Assembly: GCA_904063045.1 (NCBI GenBank)
Contig: CAJFCJ010000012.1
Location: 1,364,001-1,428,000 of the forward strand
Reading direction: 5' to 3'
From: Dimorphilus gyrociliatus
Taxonomy: Eukaryota; Animalia; Annelida
DNA length: 64,000 nt
Shown: positions 39,601 through 53,343 of the stretch, in pieces
Numbering within the stretch: position 1 is the stretch's first letter
How the letters are laid out: each line of letters starts with the position of its first letter
Position numbers and translations under genes: made by a program
The notes under the pieces: generated by a model
What the model was told of the DNA's origin: nothing
Database searches by the model: none
The model's input: the letters and a program-made list of their open reading frames with translations, nothing else

Positions 39601-40947
39601 TTGTCGGCAACTTCTATTCTAACTATAAAAAATTCTATTTGACTTAATATTTTTACGTTGTTATCTTCTATCAGATTACAGAGTAGAACAAACCTCTGTC
39701 CGGTTTTGATAACAAACAAGTTTGCACGTCGAACTTTGCCTTATTAAGTGAATTTTGATTGATAATATAACTTTTTTCTTCGTATTTTAATAAAGTATTT
39801 GTACTGTTGTTTAGATTTTTACTGTTTGATTGTTTTAAGCCTATACGTTAATGGAAAATTAATTATCATGGCTGTAGAATAGCGTAAACAAACAAGTAAA
39901 CAACTAGAAACCATATAAATAAATCACATAATAAAATTACATTCATACAAATGTTAAAACCTATTTACAATTACGTTTCTTTTTTACAGTAGTAGCGGTT
40001 GTTGTCCTGCTATACGTATAGGAGTATTTTAAAGCTTTTAATTCCCTGTCAAGTTGATAATCACCACAATCAACTATCTAAAAATAATGTAAATTACATT
40101 TGACCAACACATAAATATGTAGCTTTTTCCTTGAGTAAACCTTTGCAAAGTTGATATTATTCGGAATGAAAGACACCTCAAGGGAGTTTAATCCCTCTAG
40201 AAACTTGAAAAGAGATTGCGATAAAACGACATCTCCAGATTCGCAAAAAGTTTCAGCCCTTGTAACTAGATTTACTGCTTCACCAACTGCCACATAGTGT
40301 CTAAATTGGTTATTACCAACGAAAATTAGGCTCACTTCTCCCGAAGCAAGACCTGAGAAAAATCGATTTATATGAAAAACAACTATGCATAATTTCAAGA
40401 TATAACCAATTTTAACTTTGAACTTTACACCAACATCAGTTACCCATTCGGAATAGGAATTTTGTATTTTCAGGGAACATCTTACCGCCTATTTCGTATA
40501 ATAGAATTAAAGAGGTATTTATAAAAGGGTAAATGACCGATCGAACTTGTATAATAGACTTTCCAAGAGACTTAAAACTATTCGACTTCCAAACAGCTAG
40601 GAGAGCATCTCCAGCATATTTTAAAACATCACCATCATGATCAATTATCAATTGGACAAGATAGCCGAAGAAGCGATTAAGTGTTTTTGTTAACTCTTCC
40701 GTTCCACTCTTTAATTTTACACTATAACGTTCAGTCAACGCAGTAAAGCCTATAAATCGTATTTAATCAATCGTAAACCATTAACCTGACTAAAAATTCA
40801 AATAATAAATATACCAGACACATCAGCAAATAGTAAAACCCCGTGAAATGATTCCTGATGGGGTAAAATTTTACTATGATCATGATAAACAACAATATGA
40901 GGTAACTGGGTCATTAATCTAATTATCGAATGATCCTGAAGTGCCAT
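33650..40947 (-). CDS. ADCY10: Soluble adenylyl cyclase, full length (C1, C2, P-loop/STAND, helical repeat tail), many exons
   Basis: VLLFADVSG|FTALTERY, DVLKYAGDALLAVW, C2 AIFGLPG and GPKVNMAARLM, Walker A GDLGYGKT; last exon ends ...VFYIMPI* at 33650. Confidence 0.9.
39197..39220. repeat. (TTG)n microsatellite in an ADCY10 intron
   Basis: Directly visible. Confidence 0.9.
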
Positions 40948-41851
40948 ATCTATATAAAAAAAATAAGAATCAAAGTAGGACATTCAAGTTAAAATAATAA
41001 TAAATATTATTATCAAAAATTTGTCTTAGATAAAATATTAATATAAATATTATTCTATAAATATATCTTAAGTTTTTATTATTTCATTAACAAGATTATA
41101 CCTTGAATTTTATATAAATTTTTCTATTATTGTAATAATTTATAAAAAATTCCCCATTTATTTTAAGTTTTCAAATTATTAATATATAAACATAAATTTT
41201 AATATATTTTGTACTTGTTTAACTTACGTAACGTTTTTTATTAAACAAAAAAATATATTTTACATTTTCAAGGTCTACCAGGGTCTCTGTACTCTAAAAA
41301 ATACTAATATTTTAATAAACAGTATTAATCTTATAAAAAGTCAACGACCTTACGTACTTATTACACTTTTCTAAATGATTTATTTATAAAATGGACTACA
41401 AAGAGAGAGATAGGTATTTTTTTAAAAACATACATACATTAAAAAACACAATAGCTATTACGATACATGTTGTTTACGTTAAATTTATTATGGATTAACT
41501 TTTTTTTTTGGGTTCTTTTAACATTATTATTTACTTAGAAAAGCATTTCTTTGTAAGCTATTTGAAATGTACTTGGAAATATGTTATTATTTGTTAATAA
41601 TGATTGTGTATCGATTTCTTAGTACAGGTGTATTTTTTGGAATGTTTTTATTCTGCTTCTATTTTTTGTTTGCTTACAATTTATTTGTGACGGGGCGCCC
41701 GACTACAGACTTTATGTAGGATTCCCGCACCACATTACGTTTTGAGGTCAGGGACGCGACGCCATATTGAAAACAGACCAACAACACTATTTTCTTAAGG
41801 AAATACTGGATTTCTTCAATAATTCACCGATTTCGAGCATAATATTTTAAA

Positions 41852-43493
41852 ATGCAAAACGAAATCGGGATTTCCCCTGTTTTACTTCAAGCCATTAATC
41901 ACACTTTAACGTCATCCGAATTCGAAAGTTCAAGGAATGAAGAAGAGGCAAAGACTCCAGTAAAACATGTTATGATTATTGAAGCTGATAATAAAAAGTA
42001 TATAACACAACACGAAGTACCTCTTCCATCTCAGGTTAATAATTATTTTTTGTTTATAGTGTCTTATTAGAATTTGAATAATCCTACTATGTAGATAGAT
42101 CTCTCACAAGTCCTCTGAAAATATATAAAAATGACCATAATAATTTTTGTTCATCACTTTTAACAGATTTCTTTAATAACGAACATTAGCACATCTTGTC
42201 ACTTTCATTTTTGACACGTGAATTATTTTTTTTTTAAAAAAACAGGAAGTCTCTCTTTCCTATGAAGATGATGAAGTTGTTAGAACACCGTCAGAATTAT
42301 GCCCTATTTGTTCCGATAAAGTCTCTGGTTATCACTATGGTATACACAGTTGTGAATCATGCAAAGGCTTCTTCAAAAGAACTGTTCAAAACGGAAGAAG
42401 TTATTCCTGTCATCGTACAAATGACTGCCATATAGAATTAAGTAATCGAAAGAAGTGTCCTGCTTGTAGGTTCAAAAAATGTTTAATAGCTGGTAAATTT
42501 TTTTTCTTTCTTATCCTTTCTGTTGTCTCAATGAAAAATATTATATCAGATATAACTATAGAGTTATAGGAAGATGATTATTGCTTATAACAAATATTGA
42601 AATTTTCCCCAGGCATGAAAATCGAAGCAATAAGATCAGATAGGAGTCGGGGGGGACGCTCATCTTATGACGGAGCTCACCGATCTGTTTCAACATCCCG
42701 TACAGTGTCAGCTAGACCGTCTTCGTATCATTTATCACGACTGTCCGAAGGAGCAGAACATAGAAGACTATTAGAGCAATTATTGGAACATGATACTACT
42801 CTTATTCCTGAAGAAGAGGAAGAGTGCTGTAGGAATTTATTGCAAGCCAGTGATAACGAACCTCTTCAATCAATAATGCATATAGCAGATCATTGTCTAT
42901 ACAAAATTGTTCGTTGGGCTAGAAATTTACCAAATTTTTCTAATATATCTACAGAAGATCAAGTGATCCTTATACAAAATAGTTGGTTAGAGCTTTTGCT
43001 ACTAAATGCTGCATGGAGGAATGTACAATCTCCAAACCGTCAGTTATATGTTGGTCATAAAAAGTGTCTATTGACAAAACAAGCCGTTGATATGGGTGTC
43101 AATACTTTAGTTCAACGGCTGCTAGTACTAAGAGATCAGTTGAAAAAATTAAATGTTGATAAAATGGAATTGTGTGCCCTGAAAACACTTACATTACTTT
43201 CTCCGGATGTAACAGCAGCTACGAAAAGTCTATCCAATGCTGAAGGAGTCGGAGAATATAGAATGAAACTAGCTATTGCTCTACGGCATCACTGCAGGCA
43301 GCAGAACAAGTATTTGCAATTGCTAACACGCACGGCTGATATTGCGAGATTATCAGCTGATGTAAGACAAGTTCTAGTTGGTCATTTCAATAGGGGAAGT
43401 GTACCAACAACTCTTTTGTTGCACGAATTACTAAAAGAAGATGAGGCGGCTGTTGGGAGTTGTTTGAGAGTTGATGAGGAGGTTGGAAAGTAA
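41852..43493 (+). CDS. NR5: NR5 (FTZ-F1 family) nuclear receptor, probably NR5B type, 3 exons
   Basis: [34 protein letters not shown] (P-box ESCKG), FTZ-F1 box [19 protein letters not shown] signature [26 protein letters not shown]-2-like LLLHELL. Confidence 0.92.
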
Positions 43494-45032
43494 CAATTTT
43501 TTTCATGTTGTAGGCTCATGTATTATAAATAAAGTGTAATCTATATACTTTTGAAATGTATTGAGATATTTAATATTTTTATACACTTATTCCAATCATA
43601 CTTTGTTTGAATAATTATATACAATGTCTATATATAATTAATATATTATTACATATATTAATATATATACAAATATAAAAAAGATGTATTCCCAGTTATT
43701 TGCATTACTAAAGAGATGGAAGATTAAGAATTGGTAATTACTTTAATATCGTAAAAAAATGAAGAAAACCGCCCGAAACCTTGGCTCTCAATTGATTTTC
43801 TTCTCGTTTTTTTTCCAAACAGTTTTATTGATGTTGTAAAAGCAACAAACTTAAGTAATTCTATTGAAATTCTCTATCATTAATAGATTATATTTAAGAA
43901 AAGTAAAAACTTGAAAAAGAAAAGATATCGATTGCCGATTGGAATAAAAGCTTCTGAATTGAACTTTGAACCCGTTGGTCCATCTTATTAATTCGCAGTT
44001 TTGTGTTTTCTGAGCAAACATCAAGTATTGTTAGTCGGTTAATTGAAACATTAGAAAAATATGTTCATTGGGTACGTTATAGTGTGACGTGTAATCAAAA
44101 ACTCTTATGAATTGTTTTCTTATTTGACGGCAGAGTATCAAATTATATAAAAAAAATCAGTCGGGGTTACTTTTAAAAGATGTTTTTATCTCTTAAACTA
44201 TAGTTTTCTTAATAAGACTTATAAAATTTAAAATCTTGTTTTTTCTTCTCTTTTCTGTAACTTGGTAAATTCCTCTATTCTGGCCTAGTAGGTAGTGAAT
44301 ACTTTAAATGATAATACTCTTCTTCTCTATCTCCTTGCGTGTCCTGGGCGATCGTCAAGAGCTTATTCAATTGAAAGAAGCTGTTGAGAATAGAATCCTA
44401 CTAAACTGTATAGATAAAAACTAAAGAGACGCCTATAAAGTATTGTAAATCGAATGCTATTATTTAAGAAAACGGTTTTAACATATTCAATGTTGTATTA
44501 TTAAAGCTAGTTATGAGCTGTAAACGTCTGCAAAGAATACCTCAATAGTGACGTTTATTGATATATTTAAAGTGCAGTTCTGCCAATGAAAATTATTGCC
44601 TGTGAATATAAAAACAATTGCAGAAGAACTGAAAAAAAGACAACATTTATAAAACATGGCATTTTTTTTTAAAAAAAAAAGAATGACCGAGTCTGACAAG
44701 GTTCTATGATTAAAATAATTATGATCTTAAAATAAAATGAAATAAAATGGCCACTCAAAAAAAGATTTTTACATATAATAAACAAAACAAACAAAAGAAA
44801 TATATATATATATATATAGAGTCTTTTTAGTGCAGATCTGTAATACTTAATAATTCTAATATAGGAACAATCGACGCATAAATATTATCCAGCACGAAAG
44901 AAGAGAGAATAGATAGAGCACATTCAAAATGAAAACCTGATCAACAACTCGCTGATTTTTGTAAAAAAAAAGAACAACGACGACGGAAAGATTATATGGT
45001 TTTCGGCAGTAAATACGAGTTTGAAGAGCATT

Positions 45033-48000
45033 TCAAGCCTTTTCATCAACGTGGACTATTACACCATTTGAAGGTCGTGTATCAACGATCTCATCAATAG
45101 ATTTACCATTATTCATAAAACATTCGTTTTGTGTCGGATCAAGGTCAACAAATATTTCTTCAATCTCCTCTTCCGTCATCTCGGGCTGTTTATGAATAAT
45201 TAAATTTTCTTAATAAATATTTAAAAGCAAGGAGAAAGAGAGAGCAAAAGAAATCAAGTATGCTTGTATTACTTACCAATGACCTTTCCCTTTTAAAGCA
45301 AGGCAAAAATAAGAGCATGACAGCAAAAGCAGCTACAATTAGACTTGAGCCACCAATATGATAAGTTACTGTTACGTCTAATTTAAACTTTTCATAAATT
45401 TCTCCAACCAATGGAACTCCACCTATAATAGCGATACCCCTGAGCATAGTGAGAATACCAAAGCCATTTGTTAGCTTTTCAAGACCGACCAGTTCACAAA
45501 GTGTAATCGACGTTAAAGATATCCATGTAGCTAAACAAAGTTTATAAAGAAAATACAGTATTACTTTTTACTATTGAATATTGTCTATTAACTCTATTAT
45601 TTAGTCTTTTAAATTTTTATACTAACCTACACTTAAACCGAAAATAGCTGCAAAAACCGTCATCAAAGCATAAGTTTTAAAAAAAGTCGATATTATAGAT
45701 ACAGCGCCTGCTACCAATATGGCAACGTTGTGCAATAAGAGGGGATCAACCGATTTTAAATCGGCTAGCCAACCGGAAATAACTCGACCGAGGGTATTAG
45801 TTATTCCTGTTGATTGGAAGGGGAAAAAACAGCATTTTATTAATTTTAAACAGTAAATAAATTTCTTATAATTTTAAAAACAGAAAACAAACCTATGACT
45901 GATAATAACAGAGAGCTTTTTTCATCATTAATACCAAGAGGTAAACATCTTGCCTTCATATATATGAATGGAACGTAAAGTCCAATCATACCCAAAACAT
46001 TGGCCAAACATACCATAGCAAATCTCTTATTAGAGAGCATCTTGAAATTAAACATTTCTTTCAATACATCAAACACTGGTTTGGGGATTCTTGAGGTAAC
46101 TTTTGCAAAGAAGCTATCCTTACCACTTTCACTAGCAGCTGGAATAGCTGTAATGCTGGCAACATAACTTCCCATATTCGGTTGAGAAGTAAAATTCGCA
46201 ATATGCATTATGCTACCACTATAAAATATATCCTGTCGATACATAGGTCTGGCGTAATCTTCTCGATGAACTCCTTGAGGTTTTCGAAGTTTCGGCTTTG
46301 GTACAGCCAGATGGTTTTCGGATAATGATTTAGTTCCATTTTGGGGTTTGGTTAATAGTAGTTCATTCTTTTCTTCATCTACCCCATTGGCAACTGCTGC
46401 CTTCGTGAACGATACTGTTTTAGGTTCCTTTTCTATCGCTTCAACATTTATCGTTGGTACATGACCATTAGATTGAGTGGTTGGTGGCTCCTTATTAACG
46501 ATTAATGATGGCAATGAACTGACTTCCTGTTCGCTATCTTCAACTCTAAGTCTTGCTTCCCTCATTAGCTTGGCTTCCTGAACTTTTTCAGCAATTTTTT
46601 CGTCATTCTCTTCCGTAGGTTTTTCTTTTCGTCGACTTACGCGTATTCTTTCACATAAGCGATCAAAGACATTCTTCCTTCTTGGTTTTGATTTGACTGG
46701 TTCCAAGGGCCGGAGAAGAAGTCCGCTAAATATTCCAAGCAAGACTATAGCAGCTATCACTCTTAGTGCATTTTTCCAACCTAAATGCTTAATTAGGGCA
46801 TTCCCTAGAGGAGCGAATATGAAAGTACCAACTCCGGCTCCACAAACAGCAATACCCGTTGCTAGTGCTCTTTTACGATCAAAGTAATACGACACGGCAA
46901 TCACTGATGGTAGGTAGATTAGACCAAAGCCTATTCCACCCATTAGTCCATAAGTTAATATTAAAATTTGTATGTTTGGGCTGAAACTTGCAATGAGAAA
47001 AGATGCGGATGTGAATATTGACCCTGTTTTTGAAAAGGACAAGTAGTTTGCTTTGTGAATAAACAATTGGGTCTTAACGGTCGAAATGCGAACGCAAAAC
47101 GTACCGAAAGTTTTTTTATCATTTCATCAGAAAAGAATACATATGTAAAATCACTTAGAAAGGATCAATGCCCAAGATTTATAGAGAGCACTAATCTTAT
47201 AAAACAAAGCACTACTAACCTGTTACGCAAACTGATCTGCATCCGAACTTGTTAGTTAGAGCACTTGCGATTGGACCTATTTGGAATATTTGTACAATTA
47301 TTTATAAATAAGTGACACACGAAAAATAAAATAATCTATTCGATACGTGAATGGGGAAGAAAAACTGATGAATTGGCAAAAAGAGACAAAGAGGCGAGAA
47401 TAAAGAAATAAGATTGATAATTTTCGATAACAGATACTAATACAGATAGAAAAAGAATCATAAGGACATTATCTTATCTTAAACTCTATTATAATTGAAC
47501 ATTAAGTCTTCTAAAAATACATTTCTATGACAAAATGAGCAAACAATTAAAACAACTAATAGGCTAATAAAGGTTAGTTACATAATTAGCTTTTAAATAG
47601 AGCACAAATTTTCCATTTCAAGGTAACTAGGACAAACATGTGCTTTAAGCTATAGGCCTTTTTCTTCCAACATTTAAATCGAAAACAGATTCCTTACCCG
47701 CTAACAAATAACCTCCACACAATAAAGAGCTGGCTAGAGTTGTCGTCCCTTCTCCAGACTTGAAATGCTCTTTAAACTCGGAAAGGAAATTGGAAGAAGT
47801 AAAACAAATTCCATCAACAATTACATGGTTTAAGAAGCTAGCTAGAACAATTATCCAACCGTACCCGCCTGTTTAAAGAAAGAAAAACAAGCAATAGTAT
47901 ACAAAAGAATTAACTAAATCATATATGAAAGCAGATATAAAATATATATATGTAACTATTACAGAAAAGATACAATATGCATATGTATTCTAATATATTG

Positions 48001-48135
48001 AAAAAAGGTAGATTGAATTAATAAAATAATTAAATACATAAAATAATCTTTACCATCTGGAGGTGTTGGTATGTAATATGAAATAGAATCTTGGCTGAAT
48101 GTCGATTCTCCAGACTTGTGACGCTGCTTAGGCAT
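45033..48135 (-). CDS. SLC16: Monocarboxylate transporter (SLC16/MCT, MFS), multi-exon
   Basis: PPDG|GYGWIIVLASF, YFDRKRALATGIAVCGAGVG, long central loop, GRVISGWLAD; last exon ends HVDEKA* at 45033. Confidence 0.93.
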
Positions 48136-51046
48136 ATCTGCTTCCGAAAAAGGGATATTTAGTTTTTTTTTGTATTGTTTCTTTCTTTTGTATTTTAGAA
48201 GAAATAAATTCAATTTTTTAACAAAAGAAAAAAAAAGAAATAAGAAATAGAAATAAAAATAGAAAAGTATTCTTTAAAAGTTGAAATTTTGTTCAATGAA
48301 CTTTATACAATAGGCGTTTACTCTACTATATTCCTACCTTTCTTACTTGACCGCATGATAGAAAATGATTGTAAAGAATTGGATGCTCCCTTTTAAATAG
48401 TTTTTTTTTTTTCATCTCTAAATAGGTCATAAGACATATAAGGTCATATGGAATTCATTAAAATCCCTATAAGGATCCTAGCCTATTTCATTGCACAGCA
48501 GAGTGCAAAAGAATTGTCTACGAAATAACTGCAGTAAACTGCGGACGTTTGCAGAGTTCGCTAACCTTTTATTATAATGATATAGTGACTGCTAGTATAA
48601 TATGTAAATGTAGGTAACGATAGGGCATTCAACGGCCTATTATTCCTATCTGTTCAAAAATTGTTTCTGCTCGATGTTTCCTTATCTAACTAGGACGGAA
48701 TACATACGTATTTTTTATTGACGCCGTCCTGAAGTTAGTCCTGCATCGATCAGCTGACTGCAGAGAATGTAATAACATTCAATGGGAAAAACATAGTAAT
48801 ATATTTCTCTAAAACCGATGATGATTGGCTGAAAGCGTCTAGGCCATGTTAGTTAAAACAGCGTATCATCCATTAAATTATTACGTAACATATGTTGTTC
48901 ATTGTAAATATCTTCATATATGCAGTTTTATATTTACCACATACAGTATATTTACCGGGTGAAGCAAGTACATCAAGGCCTAGAAAGTTATTTATGATAC
49001 TAGATCAGTTCAAACTGTTGTTTTTTTTATTAAAAAACAAAAATTGCCTCTTTGTAATATCTAACTGCGGAATATTCTTCTTATTATTATTATTATAACG
49101 ATTATTGTTGGTGATTCATTTAATTCCTCTTCCTTTTTATTCTAAATACAGAAATTACATAGAGCACAATTGTTTACGTTTTATTTTTCATTTACTTTCA
49201 CTCTCTCTCTCTCTCTCTCTCACTTTCTCTTCCTTCCTCCTTCTCTTTCTTTTTTATATATGTATATATTAACCGCAATTCCTCTCTCTCTCTCTCTTTC
49301 TCCCCTGTTGATTTGCCGTATATCTACTCGTACTATCTTAGATTCCATACTCAGTTAAATTAAATACGAAACAAAAGAATTAATTAAACCATAGATCACC
49401 GAAATGATACAATGAATTTGTAAGAAAAAAAATGCAAACATTATTGATAAGTGCAGTTCTTAGCTCTAAGCAATCTGTATACAAGACAGATAAATAAGCA
49501 CGACCTAGATCGTTCTAGATTAATTCTAAATATGCATATAAAATACAGAAAAATACAGATATTACTGTTTATTACTTATGCTTCATCAATCAGTAAATAA
49601 CATTTAAATAAAAACAATATATACTCAATCTTATTAGCTAAACTTCGATAAACAATAACCTGGAATATTTTTACCGGTATTTCTTTTATCTTTGTTTTTT
49701 ATAGAGTAATATACAATAATAATCAGATATACTGAGGAATACAAGCAGAATTGAGAGATTTTCTTTTTTTGGAGGGAGGAAAAGGGAGGAAAAAAGGAGG
49801 GAGGTGGGGAGGACGAAAGAGAGAGAGAATAGAGTTACAAGAATAAAATGGAATAGAGAGGGCCAAATAAAAACGATTTTTACTCTGTGTTTTACCTATT
49901 CAAATCAATAGATATTTGACTATTTTTTAACCCATAAACGAAATAGTAAATCAACGAGAAATTCTAGTACTAACCTGATCGAAAACTGAAATAAAAATGA
50001 ATAAAAAATAGAGAAGCGTCGGTGCTCTGGCGTTGTAAACAGCTGATCAGTGCATGGTGAGGCGAAAAACGTCAATAATGACGATCGTCGGGGAGAGCGA
50101 AAATATTTTTCTTCAATCTTCTTTTCAGAATCAACGCCAAATGTAGTTTACTCATTGTGTCTAATATATTATTATTTTATCTTAATCGTTCGATTATTTA
50201 TAGATAAGTAAAGTCAGAGATAAAAGATGTTGGTAATCTAGGTAAAAAATATTTGCTAAATTTCCCGGCATCCCATCCGATCTGCAGAGCGGAGAGAAAG
50301 GTCATGAACATTTGCAGAATGTGAGTCGGCGGGTCCATATATTTGTGTGTGTTTTTTTTTTACAACCAAGCCCATAAAAATATATTAACTTGCTTTAACA
50401 CCAAATTTATATCATTTGTTATTTTAATAAATTAGATTAAGCAGTAGCTTTAACTTAAGTTTAATAATATATATGTATTCTTATATACGTATGTAACCAT
50501 ACAAGTTGCTAAAGATCTTCATGCGCTGGTCACGTGAAAATGTTAATTTGATCCTTCCGTTTAATGTACGGAAGTTGATTTATAATATTTCACTCTTTAT
50601 TTCATTAATCGCTCTCTTTAAGTGAATAATTCTCTATAATTAAACAAAAAAAAAAACATAACCTATATATTTATAGGCCTAATAACTATGTGAAAAATAT
50701 CCCAAGTTCTCTTCGTATATTTTCAAAATTGCCGCCATTGACAGTCAGTGGAAGGTCAATGTGTTTTGACTAATGTTTATTCCACTTTCATTTCGTCATG
50801 CGACATCTGGTGTAAATAGCAGAGTAAATATTATTTAGCGGCATATTAGTCTATTAATAAAGCTTTTTAATCGCTAAACTATAAATAAAGTTTAACTTCT
50901 GAAATTTTTTTATTTATAATACAACATAAGCTTTTCGGAAAATGGAATATAAATGCAATGCAAAAGGAAATCATGATTTGTTTACACAATGCATTAAAAA
51001 ATCAGTCAAAAATTTTGCATATGTTTATAAATTTTAAATCAATTAG

Positions 51047-53286
51047 TTAGGATGCTGTTAATATATCTAGAGCTATATTATAGTCATTGTTGCCATTCTT
51101 TAATGCTTCTCTAATCTTTTGGTCGCTAAAGCCTAACTGTTTTAGACTGGAGAGGTGACGTAAGTAAGTTTTTGCCTAAAAACAAAGAGAAGAGTATAGT
51201 TATTTCTTTTGTAACCGAAATAGTAAAATTATATATTTGTTCTTACTCTATCAACATTTGCCTTGTTGACGTCCAATGCATTTTCAGCATCTTGAGAGAG
51301 AGCACCTGTTTCCTCTGCTAAAGCGTTAACCGTACATAAATAATCAACAACCTGCATAAAAAAAAAACATTGTAATATAGTTAACTTTTATATATATATA
51401 TATATATGTATTTGTATAAACGTGCAAATTATATACTGTATATTTTTTGTATTGAAATTAATATATTAAGAGGAAACTTTAGTAGGAGAATCTATCTAGG
51501 ATATGGTTCAATAGTTAATAATAAATAATGACTACCTTTTGTTCGTTTTTACCAAATTTTTCAATTGTTCTCACTACAGACGATCTAGGAAATCCCATTC
51601 CAATAATAGTTCTTGCTAATATTTTACACTCTTCGTCCAAATTTACCATATCATTTCCAGTTGGCGTTGTTGGAGGAAGCGGGTTATATGGATTCCACGT
51701 CTGCAGGTTGCCGTTTTCATTAACAAAAGAATTCAGATTTTTGTCATCACCACAACTTTTTTGTGAATTAGCAATAAAAGGATGAGTGGTATCCTGGAAA
51801 TTATGCATGCAATAAAACTTAAGAACACATGTTGGTGAGGTTAATAAAAGATAAAACTAAATCTGAATGTGTGCGCACGTGCTTTTCTTGAAAACAATAT
51901 AGTATTTACTTATATAATCTAATATATAAATAAATAAATAAAAAGCAAACAAAAAAATGCAAGCAAAATTCGACACTAATATAAAAAGAGGGTAAGAATC
52001 CAATCTAATATTTAAACAAAAATGCTGCTAAATTGGCCTATATAGTTTCATTGCTGATTTAATTATTATTAAAATTTGTAATTTTGACATGTTTTTTTTT
52101 CAGACTATGTCTGAATGACATAGCTGAAATATTCAGTGAGTCAAAGTTAGCACTTGAATTAATTATATATCAAGTTTTTGTACATACCTGTCCACTTGAT
52201 GGCCTTGGGGGTGGACTTTTACTTGAAGAAAGTTGAGAATGCACATCAGGATTGGATTTGGAATTATGGACAGGCATTGAATTCATTCTACCGTTCTGAA
52301 CATCAATAGTACTAATAGGTGGAAGTTTTGATGCTCTATCATCCAATGTGTAATCTTCATTATTCAAGTTTGATTCGTTCTCTTGATTTGACACATTTTG
52401 TTGAGGAAAATCCAAGTCTTTTACAGATACAATCCTTGAAGAATTTACTGTTTGTTGAGTAGAAGAGATTGTACTATAAACTTTGTTCAATTCTTCCATA
52501 TCGTTTAGGCTTAATAGTTCAATTTTGTCAAATGGATCTTCCTCGTTTTCAAAATGAGTTAAGTCGATTTGACGAGAACTGTCTCCTTTTATGTCGCTAT
52601 TTCCATCCTTTGATGTTGCGATTATTGGAGTTAAAATATCAGGTGTATTACGTATATTATTTTGTGAGTAATTTTGTTCGCATAAGTTCTTAGATTTAAC
52701 TTTTGTTTTATTTAAATCCTCTTCTTTAATCATTTCATTATTTTCGTCCTTTTTCTTATTCTTTTCTTGTTCTTTCCTAATAGATTCTTCTTGCTTTTTT
52801 CGTTCGCCTTCTTCATGCAGTTTTACTTCCCTTAGCACTCTATCTTCTAAACTCGTATTGATCTAAAGTATTTAATAAAATGGATAATAAAATAATTTAG
52901 TTTAAATGTTTTAGTATAAATAAAATATAGATAAGTAAAGGGATCAATAATATTTTAAATAGTCTTCCTTATAAATAAATGAGACTGCCTTATAGTATAA
53001 TGAATTAAAATTGTCTATAATATTTCCTACTTAATTTGCTTCCATTATACATATAAATAAGCTAAATACCACCATCTACATTAATAAACTAGAGTACCTC
53101 TTGAAACAAATATTCAGATGGCTGCAAATTCGAACATTCGGGAGGTATATCGACTCTCTCAGGAACTCTAAATTTCTCACCTAATTTCCAAGTAATACCT
53201 CTAACTGAAAGATATAATTATTAGCTAAAATCTTTAACAGTTGTATGTAATAAACGATTCTTACGTGCAGATTTGTCCAAAGCCAT
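51047..53286 (-). CDS. UBAP1: Ubiquitin-associated protein 1 (ESCRT-I subunit; UMA and SOUBA domains)
   Basis: MALDKSA|LRGITWKLGEKFRVPERVDIP (UMA), IDLTHFENEEDPFDKIEL, C-terminal UBA repeats MGFPRSSVVR and LGFSDQKIREAL. Confidence 0.88.
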
Positions 53287-53343
53287 AACCAGTATTTAGC
53301 AGTTGAAGTTACATAATAAACTTTCAAAAGAAATGACAATTAT

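Noticed and set aside
6021-40947. NHE plus soluble adenylyl cyclase as a linked pH/bicarbonate module
   Set aside because: They are ~24 kb and about ten unrelated genes apart; co-location is likely chance.
41267-41352. TCAAGGTCT and TAAGGTCG upstream of NR5 as autoregulatory sites
   Set aside because: Imperfect matches that are expected by chance.
43700-44700. Coding-looking fragments between NR5 and MCT, including a signal-peptide-like 39-codon ORF near 44317
   Set aside because: No consistent spliced ORF on either strand and no recognisable homology; could be convergent 3' UTRs.
46693-47255. Plus-strand ORFs 46693-46887 and 47055-47255
   Set aside because: Antisense to MCT coding exons.
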